Positions 27,371 through 35,256 of a stretch of 61,373 bases of DNA are shown piece after piece. A model generated the notes under the pieces. It searched no databases. It was given only the letters and a program-made list of their open reading frames with translations, and had not been told where the DNA came from. The position numbers and the translations under genes are program-made. The stretch is from Candidatus Nomurabacteria bacterium. Its GTDB lineage: Bacteria > Patescibacteriota > Minisyncoccia > Phycocordibacterales > UBA5272. The DNA lies in contig CALRDS010000001.1 of assembly GCA_943354975.1 (NCBI GenBank), positions 1 to 61,373 on the forward strand, given 5' to 3'. Positions within the stretch are counted from its first letter, which is position 1; each line of letters opens with the position of its first letter.

Positions 27371-28441
27371 TTAACTGATTAGAACCAAAATAACCCCAAG
27401 CAATGCGCATATGTAAGATACTAACCAATATCTCATAACGATTCTATATCTCGGCCAACCTTTAGCCTCAAAGTGGTGGTGAAGCGGGGCAACCAGTAAT
27501 AATTTTTTCTTAAATACTTTTTTCCAAAATAATTGCAAGATAACTGATGCTGTAGTAACCACGAGAGGAAAAGCAATTATAGGTAAATACATAACCGAGT
27601 CTGTTAAGAAAACAATAACAGAAAGTGCAAGAAGTATAGCCATTATTCCAGTTTCTCCCATCATAAACGATGCTGGAGGAACATTGAACCAAAGAAAAGC
27701 AAGGATAGCTCCGGCAATAACAAAACAAAGCGCTGAAATATCTATTTGATTATTTATAAAAGCGATGGCGCCATATGCGGAGAATACTGAAGAAAATATT
27801 CCGCCAGATAAACCATCTATTCCATCAATGACACTAGTTGAAAACAATGCAACGGTTATCAAAATAAAGAAAGCGACAAATAATATTCCACCTAAGTACA
27901 AATGTCCGTAAAATGGTATAAAAACAGTTACAACTCCAAGTTTTAAATAAAACCACAATCCAGCAAATAAACCCATAGAAGCAACGGCACTTAATCTAAC
28001 TGGGAATGACAAACCTCCGCCCACATAAGTTCCATTACTTTTATTGAAAAATTGAGATACCAGTAAATCATCTATTCCTCCAACCAATGCACCAACTAAC
28101 ATCCCCATAAGCGGTAACCATGTTTGATTACGTGATATAAAATCAAGTTTTTCTGTTACTAGGGTTGGATGTATTTTAGATATTGTCCAAAATAATAACG
28201 CTGTAAAAAATACAGCGAACCAGACAACGATCCCACCCATGCGCAGAAGCTTCTTTTCTTCGTCATTATGAAGACTTGCTGTTATCGTGGCATCAAACCC
28301 ATCAATAGTCTTACCAATATTTTTCTTTTTCCAAATCTTATGGGTCGTTAAAAAACGCACGACTGTTGGTGCGATTAGAATGCCAACCGTGAAAGAAACA
28401 ATAACAGGAAGGAGTACTTTTAGTGGATCAAGCGCGAACAT
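27371..28441 (-). CDS. mraY: phospho-N-acetylmuramoyl-pentapeptide transferase MraY
   Basis: Polytopic membrane protein with GGIDDL, NV..ASFMMGETG and APLHHHFE motifs. Confidence 0.9.
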   Translation of the reverse strand: MFALDPLKVLLPVIVSFTVGILIAPTVVRFLTTHKIWKKKNIGKTIDGFDATITASLHNDEEKKLLRMGGIVVWFAVFFTALLFWTISKIHPTLVTEKLDFISRNQTWLPLMGMLVGALVGGIDDLLVSQFFNKSNGTYVGGGLSFPVRLSAVASMGLFAGLWFYLKLGVVTVFIPFYGHLYLGGILFVAFFILITVALFSTSVIDGIDGLSGGIFSSVFSAYGAIAFINNQIDISALCFVIAGAILAFLWFNVPPASFMMGETGIMAILLALSVIVFLTDSVMYLPIIAFPLVVTTASVILQLFWKKVFKKKLLLVAPLHHHFEAKGWPRYRIVMRYWLVSYICALLGVILVLIS

Positions 28442-28486
28442 TTATCTAGTATAACACCATAAAATATAAGGAAAAAGTGCAAAAAC

Positions 28487-29416
28487 CTACAAATTATCCT
28501 TCAAACTCTCTTGTAATGCGTGATATAGAATTTCAACATCTTTAAACCGTTCTTCGTACGTAGACCCGAGTACAACTATTGCAACTGGATGCCCGAGTGC
28601 AATATCTACCATTATTGCTAAATTACCCCCTGCGCTATCTGTAAATCCAGTTTTTGAGGCTTCAGCTCCTATCATATTCATGATGTCCTGATTAGTATTT
28701 GGGATACCTACGACTTTTCCAGTACTTGCATTAACTGTAGCTCTTGTCTTTGTTGTCGCGTCTAATACCTCTGGAAACCTTTTTCTAGCTATTGAAAATA
28801 ATTTAGCAACTTCAAGAGCTGTCCCCTGGCCCCCTAATTTTTTACCAACATCCACTCCAGAGGGAGAAGTAAAATGTAGTGTTGGTAATCCAAGAAGAGT
28901 TGCGTCCATATTCATTTGAGAAATAAAACTCTCTCTTCCACCTAATCCATCGGCGATTGCATTTGCCCCATCATTTGATGAAAATACAAGTGTGTACTTA
29001 AGCAATTCCCCAAGTGTCCATACCTGACTATTCTTTAATCCTAAATCATATCCACCGTCTATATTTTCTGGTTTTATAGTTATTTTTTTTGTAGAACTAG
29101 CGTGTGTTAGTGCACTAATAGCTGTCATAACTTTTGTAATACTAGCTAATGGCAAAACTTCATTTTCATTTTTAGCAGAAATAATTTGTTTTCCTACTAA
29201 GTCATATACAACATAAGCTTTAGCACGCACGTGAACCCCCTCAAAAGACTTATGTTTATAAAAAACTGGTACTTCTACTTTTTTTTCTTTTGGAGTTATT
29301 ATTCCTAAATGAATAATTTTTGTAGGGGTAGCGACTAAGGAAAGAAGTACGACTGTAAAAACTGCAAAAATATACAGGAAAGAAAGTTCTATATAATCAT
29401 GTTGTGCTTTTTTCAT
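28487..29416 (-). CDS. D-alanyl-D-alanine carboxypeptidase (S11, PBP5-like)
   Basis: SITK (SxxK), SSND (SxN), KTGFT (KTG). N-terminal TM anchor. Confidence 0.85.
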   Translation of the reverse strand: MKKAQHDYIELSFLYIFAVFTVVLLSLVATPTKIIHLGIITPKEKKVEVPVFYKHKSFEGVHVRAKAYVVYDLVGKQIISAKNENEVLPLASITKVMTAISALTHASSTKKITIKPENIDGGYDLGLKNSQVWTLGELLKYTLVFSSNDGANAIADGLGGRESFISQMNMDATLLGLPTLHFTSPSGVDVGKKLGGQGTALEVAKLFSIARKRFPEVLDATTKTRATVNASTGKVVGIPNTNQDIMNMIGAEASKTGFTDSAGGNLAIMVDIALGHPVAIVVLGSTYEERFKDVEILYHALQESLKDNL

Positions 29417-29423
29417 AGTCTTT

Positions 29424-29930
29424 TTACATTTCCCTAGAGGATAATTTTTCTATTAAAGATGCACGTATTTTTTCATACTCCGGTAATTCTTCTATTTTTG
29501 TAACACCTAAATGTTTTAGTGAATCTGCAGTTATGGAACAATTTTCTCCAGAACGACTGATGAGACCTCGAACCGCTAGGGTTCTTATAGACTGAGAAGA
29601 TTGAACGCCACGAATATAAGATATTTCTTCACGAGTAGGATTTCCTAAATATGCGACCAGTGTTAATACTTGCAATGTCGCTGGTGTCAGTTCTCCTTGA
29701 AGCTCTTCCTTCCAAAAAGAGTTAACCAATTCTGCTTGAGACGCATCTGTGACAATAGATAATCCATCTTTACTTTGTAATAATCCAAGACCGATAGACC
29801 TAAGGGCATTTTCCAGTTCGGGGATAATCGATTCAATTTCTTTTATATTGCAATCTAATATTTTTGCAATAGACAAAAGAGGTGTCGATTCACCAGACAG
29901 AAATAAAACTGTAACAACCTTAGCGAGCAT
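29424..29930 (-). CDS. scpB: segregation and condensation protein B
   Basis: Trimmed to ATG 29930 (MLAKVVTVLFLSGES...). Winged-helix repeats with REEISYIRGV.S....R.L..RGLI. Confidence 0.8.
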   Translation of the reverse strand: MLAKVVTVLFLSGESTPLLSIAKILDCNIKEIESIIPELENALRSIGLGLLQSKDGLSIVTDASQAELVNSFWKEELQGELTPATLQVLTLVAYLGNPTREEISYIRGVQSSQSIRTLAVRGLISRSGENCSITADSLKHLGVTKIEELPEYEKIRASLIEKLSSREM

Positions 29931-29959
29931 AATGTTATTTATTGTAACACAATGCCATA

Positions 29960-30682
29960 TCAACTTTGTGGACTTCCTATTATATTTATATCTCCCCCTG
30001 ATTCGTTCTGCTCAGCATTAATATTTCCTGCGCGGAGTAGTTCAAGTAATGCTATGAAGTTAACAATCAGGAGTTTCTTTCTTTCTTCAATTGTTTTCGC
30101 ACCGTTTGCCAGACTTTGAAGTGTAACAGCTTGCATAGTTCGTACACGGTTAAGCATTGCCTCTATAACATTCTCTATTCTTAGGGCTTGTTCCACAGCT
30201 ACCTTAACAAGCTGTTTCGGGGTTACAAATGAAGCAAGAGTAAGTAACGCGATAGACTGTAAAAGAGATTGAGTTATTTTGCTATCTGGTACAAACACTG
30301 GGTCTCCCTTATATGGAGTCCTTCCCCTTTCATATATTGGAGTTTTCATATAAACAGATCTTAATTTTCCACAGGCCCCCATAAGTATCGCGTATAACTC
30401 AAGCTTCCTTTCTAAATCATGGACCTGTTTTTCTTCCTCTTCTGTATAAATCACACCAGGGAGAAGTGATTTCGCTTTTATGAGCATCAAGGTAGAAGCG
30501 ACCACAATAAATTGTGAAATATCTACCAGATTTTTTTTGTCCAGTGTCTTTATATAAGCAATGTAGTCATCAGCGACAGAAACAAGAGAAATCTCTGTAA
30601 TAGAGAGTTTCTTTTGGTCAATAAGCTCAAGAAGTTTTGTATAAGGTCCTTCGAACCTGTCTAATTTAACGGTGAATTCCAT
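29960..30682 (-). CDS. scpA: segregation and condensation protein A
   Basis: L..FEGP...LLELI...K..I.EISL..V.DDY and C-terminal FIALLEL.R. Confidence 0.85.
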   Translation of the reverse strand: MEFTVKLDRFEGPYTKLLELIDQKKLSITEISLVSVADDYIAYIKTLDKKNLVDISQFIVVASTLMLIKAKSLLPGVIYTEEEEKQVHDLERKLELYAILMGACGKLRSVYMKTPIYERGRTPYKGDPVFVPDSKITQSLLQSIALLTLASFVTPKQLVKVAVEQALRIENVIEAMLNRVRTMQAVTLQSLANGAKTIEERKKLLIVNFIALLELLRAGNINAEQNESGGDINIIGSPQS

Positions 30683-30689
30683 ATTAAAT

Positions 30690-30724
30690 AGTTTACAGTT
30701 TATAGTTGTTAGTTACTAGTTAAT
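30690..30724 (-). repeat. heptad tract (AGTTNNN)x5 on +, (NNNAACT)x5 in scpA sense
   Basis: AGTT at 30690, 30697, 30704, 30711 and 30718. The proximal unit gives TAAACT, 7 nt before the scpA ATG (30682). Confidence 0.7.
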
Positions 30725-30758
30725 ACAAAAAATTAATTAATTAATATTATTAAAGTAC

Positions 30759-30787
30759 TTGACAAAATATCATTTCTAGTGTATAAT
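30759..30787 (+). promoter_or_regulatory. consensus sigma70 promoter of cassette C
   Basis: TTGACA (30759-30764), 17 nt, TATAAT (30782-30787), a perfect match to both hexamers. Confidence 0.6.
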
Positions 30788-31069
30788 TATATATGTTCTA
30801 CCTTATTAACATTTTTTGGAGGCTATACGCCGTTTTACCGAATTACCGTTGATATTGTCAACAACAAGGCTTTCCGGCAGGTGTTTGCGGAAATGCTGAA
30901 GTTGGCAAAAGAATACGAATGTTCCGTAATCGGAACATTCGCCGGAAAGGAAATCGAAGTATGCCATAACGACACCCTCGAAGGGGCCGCCAAAGCATAC
31001 AAAATTCCCGCCAACGCAAGTCAGGGCGGAAGGAACACGATGACCTTCTCGGTAAGGGTTGCTGGATAG
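30779..31069 (+). CDS. hypothetical protein, GC-rich cassette C (true start uncertain)
   Basis: The track ORF starts inside its own -10 box, so the real start is downstream. GGAGG at 30818-30822 is not followed by a canonical start in frame. An in-frame ATG near 30893 would give 58 aa. Confidence 0.4.
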   Translation: MYNYICSTLLTFFGGYTPFYRITVDIVNNKAFRQVFAEMLKLAKEYECSVIGTFAGKEIEVCHNDTLEGAAKAYKIPANASQGGRNTMTFSVRVAG

Positions 31070-31093
31070 AGATATCTAGGCAATCCCTCAAGG

Positions 31094-31122
31094 CGCGCGT
31101 AAAGTCTACGCGCGTTTTTTTT
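31094..31122. terminator. intrinsic terminator, shared with the convergent GH18 gene
   Basis: CGCGCGTA-aagtc-TACGCGCG (8 bp) followed by T8. The GH18 stop codon (31121-31123) lies in the T run. Confidence 0.7.
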
Positions 31123-32266
31123 ATTTTAAGATTTCCCAAAGTCTTGGGTCATTGCCTCCATCTACTTTAAATACTGCAACGCCTCCTAATTTATAAAGCT
31201 TTGCAAGGCGTATTTTATCTGCTATAGCAGTTGCATCTGAGTACCATACTAAGTATTGTTTATAACTTCCAAGTGAATTCCCATTAAGATCAGTGCTTGT
31301 GGAATATACATAGCTGAGCTCCCCTGCTACATTTCTATTTGGGACAATGTTCAGACTTTTTGCCAATTCATCTGCATAATTAAAATTCATAGAACCGATA
31401 CGCAAATATTTTGTACTACTGGTGCCTACAGCAGGAACGATTTCGTACTTATTACCGTATGTTGGTACTCCAATTATAATTTTTTTCGCTGGAATATCTT
31501 CAAGTGCAAGTGTTATAACTTTTTTAACCCAATCAATATCAGCAACTGGTCTATATAAATTACCTGAATTTTTATTTTGAAATGTTAGTAGTGCGTCATC
31601 TTCTGCTTGGTCATATGCCATGATTCTAACTTGGTCACACACTCGACCAATTATTTTATAATCATTCGAATATTCTACTCGTGCAAAAATACTTTTAGAT
31701 GTGGTGGCATATTTACTCTCAGGTGGAATTCTAGCTTCTACTGTGCAAATAAGTTGTTTGCCTTGTTTGTGTAAAGCTGAAGCTAAGTCAGTTAAAAATA
31801 GCGAGAAGTGTGGTTTTATCTCTGCAACTTTATTTTCATAATCAATATCAATTCCATCAAATCTATATTTTTTAACTAAATCTACTATATCTTTTATGTT
31901 CGCATCACGTTTCTTTTTCTGAGAAAGGAGAATGTACATCGCGTCTTTTTCTTTTTGAGTTTGTGGGTATGACAGAATACTAGGATATATTTTTATTGCG
32001 TTCGGTTTTTTATGCTTTCTCGCCTCAGATATTAAGGTAGCCCATGGTTCTTCTTCTATTTTAAGTGCATTTTTTATAGAACCATCGTACTGAAGCTCAA
32101 AAGCAAATGGACTGATTTGTGTTACAGATTTCAGATTAGCCAGTGTAGTACTCGCACCAGCGGTCTTTTGCCAATATGGAATCCAAATAGCCCGCTCAAA
32201 AGTGGCTGCAGAGACTGTATTTGTAAAACCTATTGAAATTATAAAGAACAGCAGAATCTTCTTCAT
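31121..32266 (-). CDS. glycoside hydrolase family 18 protein (chitinase/peptidoglycan hydrolase-like)
   Basis: Signal peptide. The catalytic motif FDGIDIDYE (DxxDxDxE) is present. Confidence 0.8.
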   Translation of the reverse strand: MKKILLFFIISIGFTNTVSAATFERAIWIPYWQKTAGASTTLANLKSVTQISPFAFELQYDGSIKNALKIEEEPWATLISEARKHKKPNAIKIYPSILSYPQTQKEKDAMYILLSQKKKRDANIKDIVDLVKKYRFDGIDIDYENKVAEIKPHFSLFLTDLASALHKQGKQLICTVEARIPPESKYATTSKSIFARVEYSNDYKIIGRVCDQVRIMAYDQAEDDALLTFQNKNSGNLYRPVADIDWVKKVITLALEDIPAKKIIIGVPTYGNKYEIVPAVGTSSTKYLRIGSMNFNYADELAKSLNIVPNRNVAGELSYVYSTSTDLNGNSLGSYKQYLVWYSDATAIADKIRLAKLYKLGGVAVFKVDGGNDPRLWEILK

Positions 32267-32272
32267 TAGGTT

Positions 32273-33685
32273 TTATTTTTTAATTTCTATTTTTAGTTCT
32301 TTAAGTGCTTTTGAAGTGGCTGGTAATGGTGCTTGCATTAATAAATCCCTCCCTTCTCCTGTCTTTGGGAATGCTATCACTTCACGAATGTTTGGTTCGC
32401 CAAGTAAAATCATAAGAAGTCTATCTAATCCCCAAGCAATACCCCCGTGTGGAGGAGTCCCAGACGCTAGGGCTTTTAACATATGGCCAAAATTTTTCTC
32501 TATTCTTTCATCGGAGTACCCCATTATTTCAAATATAATACGCAGTGCTTTGGCATCATGCTCACGTATAGAACCTCCTCCGATTTCATAACCATTACAT
32601 GCGACATCATACTGGGAAGTTAAAATTTCTGCTATGTTTTTCTTTTCAAGAAGTTGCTCGCGATGTTTATCATCTGCGCGAGAAAATGGATTGTGCGTAA
32701 ATGTCCACTCCCCTTCTGCTTCTGCATCATCTGATCCAGCTGTTTTTTTGAAAAATGGAAAATTAATCACCCAACAAAAAGCTAAAACGTTATCATCACT
32801 TTTATCTTCACGCAAATCTGGCTTATCAGTACCATACTTTTCCATTACTTCTTTATATGTAAATATTGGAAATGGCACTTGCATAATTTTCTTTTCGGGA
32901 AATAGTTCTTTTACTATTTTGATTAGCAAATCTTCATTGACTTTCATCACATCTTCTCGTGTAACAAAACTCATTTCTATATCTAGCTGTGTAAATTCTG
33001 GCTGCCTATCACCACGAGTATCTTCATCTCGCATACATTTCGCGATTTGGAAATATCTTTCAAGTCCTCCAACCATGAGAAGTTGTTTATATTGTTGTGG
33101 GGATTGAGGAAGCGCATAAAAACTCCCCGGATGAACTCTTGATGGAACAAGGTAACTACGCGCACCTTCTGGTGTCGGATTTGTTAATAGTGGAGTTTCT
33201 ACTTCGACAAAATGTTTTTTATCTAAATAATCTCTGATGAACTTTATAACTTTGTGACGAGTTCTAATATTTCTTTGCATTCTGGGGCGACGCTGATCTA
33301 GATATTTGTATTCCAGACGAACTTCTTCCCCGACTTCATAACCATCAGTTGAAATATCAAATGCTGGAGTAGTGGCTTCGTTTAGAACTTCTATACCAAG
33401 TACCTCTAGTTCCACATCACCATTTGACACATCTTTATTTATATTCTTTTCTGGGCGCTTATTAACCTTTGCTGTGACTGCTACGACCCATTCTGGACGC
33501 AATTTTTGGGCCACATCGAGTGCTTCTGTATGATTTGGCAATACTACCGCTTGTACCTTTCCTGTGACATCCCTAAGGTCAAGAAAGACCATTTTCCCTT
33601 GATCACGACGAACGTCTATCCAACCCTTTACAAGCACATCAGTGCCAACAGAAGCTGAAATATCTTTAATAAGAGTCCTTTGCAT
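32273..33685 (-). CDS. aspS: aspartate--tRNA ligase (bacterial-type core, no GAD insertion)
   Basis: OB fold, QSPQQYKQLLM, RDED.R.DRQPEFTQLD.E and GG.A.GLDRL motifs. Only 470 aa. Confidence 0.95.
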   Translation of the reverse strand: MQRTLIKDISASVGTDVLVKGWIDVRRDQGKMVFLDLRDVTGKVQAVVLPNHTEALDVAQKLRPEWVVAVTAKVNKRPEKNINKDVSNGDVELEVLGIEVLNEATTPAFDISTDGYEVGEEVRLEYKYLDQRRPRMQRNIRTRHKVIKFIRDYLDKKHFVEVETPLLTNPTPEGARSYLVPSRVHPGSFYALPQSPQQYKQLLMVGGLERYFQIAKCMRDEDTRGDRQPEFTQLDIEMSFVTREDVMKVNEDLLIKIVKELFPEKKIMQVPFPIFTYKEVMEKYGTDKPDLREDKSDDNVLAFCWVINFPFFKKTAGSDDAEAEGEWTFTHNPFSRADDKHREQLLEKKNIAEILTSQYDVACNGYEIGGGSIREHDAKALRIIFEIMGYSDERIEKNFGHMLKALASGTPPHGGIAWGLDRLLMILLGEPNIREVIAFPKTGEGRDLLMQAPLPATSKALKELKIEIKK

Positions 33686-33811
33686 AGCTTTTTGATTATA
33701 GCAAAAATTGACTAATGTAGAAATATAAACAGGTTTTTGGAGAAGTATTTAAATCTTAATTTGACTTTTTTATTAATTGTGCTACAATTAATATGTTATC
33801 AATTAAGGAGA

Positions 33812-34222
33812 ATGACCTTGAAAAGCATATTGATAGTGGACGGGAACCGCGTTGTCGCGGGTTTGATGAAAGAAAGCCTGCTGACACATCTGGGTGAAAT
33901 TGAGGGCGGCGTAGACGCAATAATCATCAGGTCCTACTTCCTTGCAATTTCCGCAATAAGTGCGTACCAACCCGACCTGATTTCAACTGGAATGGTTTTT
34001 CCCGAAAAAGGCGGAACACCTCCGAGATCAGATATGGGGGAGCAGTTGATCCGAGATGCCCGCAAGATCTGCCCTGGTACCCCTGTAATCCTTTTCACCG
34101 GGGATACGCCACGAAACTTCAACCATACGGGATTACCGTCGGATCGAATCATTCATAAGGGAAATCCCGAGACCTACATAGCGTGGGTAACGAAGGTAAG
34201 GGAATTACTAACGGCCAAATGA
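33812..34222 (+). CDS. stand-alone CheY-like pseudo-receiver, GC-rich cassette D
   Basis: ILIVDG...PDLISTGMVFP...PVILFTGD...HKG follows the REC beta1/3/4/5 pattern, but Gly sits where the phospho-acceptor Asp should be. TTGACT (33761-33766), 16 nt, TGcTACAAT (33783-33788). AAGGAG at 33805-33810; the TTG at 33818 is an alternative start. Confidence 0.6.
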   Translation: MTLKSILIVDGNRVVAGLMKESLLTHLGEIEGGVDAIIIRSYFLAISAISAYQPDLISTGMVFPEKGGTPPRSDMGEQLIRDARKICPGTPVILFTGDTPRNFNHTGLPSDRIIHKGNPETYIAWVTKVRELLTAK

Positions 34223-34247
34223 AGATACACCCGGCAAAGATAGACGG

Positions 34248-34273
34248 GCGCGTCCTCTGCGACGCGCTTTTTT
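34248..34273. terminator. intrinsic terminator, shared with convergent trpS
   Basis: GCGCGTC-ctctgc-GACGCGC plus T6. The trpS stop (34272-34274) lies in the T run. Confidence 0.7.
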
Positions 34274-35252
34274 ATTTTTCTAATCCTACTTGTACTCTCA
34301 CTTGCTTCATCGTCTCTTGTGCTTTTGCACGCGCGCTCTTTCCTCCTTTTTCTAAAATTTCATACACCTCATCTTCATGAGATTGATAATATTCATATTT
34401 CTCACGATACGGTTTCATAAATTCACAAATTTTCTCTGCTAACATTTCTTTTGCTTCTTTATACGAAAGCCCACCATCTTCATACTTAGCGCGCAGAGCC
34501 TCATCTTCTTTTTTGTTTAAAAATAGTTTATGAATTTTATAAATATTGTTTTCATCTGGATTCTTTTTGTCTTCTGGTAATGCAGAATCAGTAACTATTT
34601 TCATTACACATTTTTTAATTTCTTCATCTGTTGTAAAAAGCGGAATAACATTTCCTTTACTCTTACTCATTTTTTCTCCATCAGTTCCTGGCACAATAGC
34701 AACATCTTTTATAATATAGTCCTTTGGAATAGTAAGTAATTCTCCCCACGTGCGATTAAATTTCTCTGCAATATCTCTCGCATATTCAACATGCTGTTTC
34801 TGGTCTGAACCAACTGGCACAATGTCTGCCCCATAAATCAGAATGTCGGAGGCCATCAGTACTGGGTAATCAAACAGTCCAACATTTACTTCTTTGTTTT
34901 TTACCTCGTGGTCTTTATATGCATGTGCGCGCATAAGAAATGGCATAGTAACAACATTATTTAGAATCCAACAAAGCTCTGTATGTTCTGGCACATCAGA
35001 TTGTTTAAAGAGTGTTGCTTTCTTAGGATTAAGACCCAGCGCTAAATATGTACACGCCACATCAAAAGTATTTTTTACTAGCTCATCTTTATTCTTTACA
35101 GTAGTAAGAGCGTGATAATCAGCAATAAATACATAACTTTCATGGTCATCACTATTACCAAGTTCAATATTTTGTCTTATTGCTCCAAAATAGTTTCCAA
35201 TATGTAGTGTTCCTGTTGCTTGCACACCAGAAACTAAGATCTTTTTTGACAT
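34272..35252 (-). CDS. trpS: tryptophan--tRNA ligase
   Basis: GVQATGTLHIGNY (HIGH), KMSKS. Confidence 0.95.
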   Translation of the reverse strand: MSKKILVSGVQATGTLHIGNYFGAIRQNIELGNSDDHESYVFIADYHALTTVKNKDELVKNTFDVACTYLALGLNPKKATLFKQSDVPEHTELCWILNNVVTMPFLMRAHAYKDHEVKNKEVNVGLFDYPVLMASDILIYGADIVPVGSDQKQHVEYARDIAEKFNRTWGELLTIPKDYIIKDVAIVPGTDGEKMSKSKGNVIPLFTTDEEIKKCVMKIVTDSALPEDKKNPDENNIYKIHKLFLNKKEDEALRAKYEDGGLSYKEAKEMLAEKICEFMKPYREKYEYYQSHEDEVYEILEKGGKSARAKAQETMKQVRVQVGLEK

Positions 35253-35256
35253 TTGA

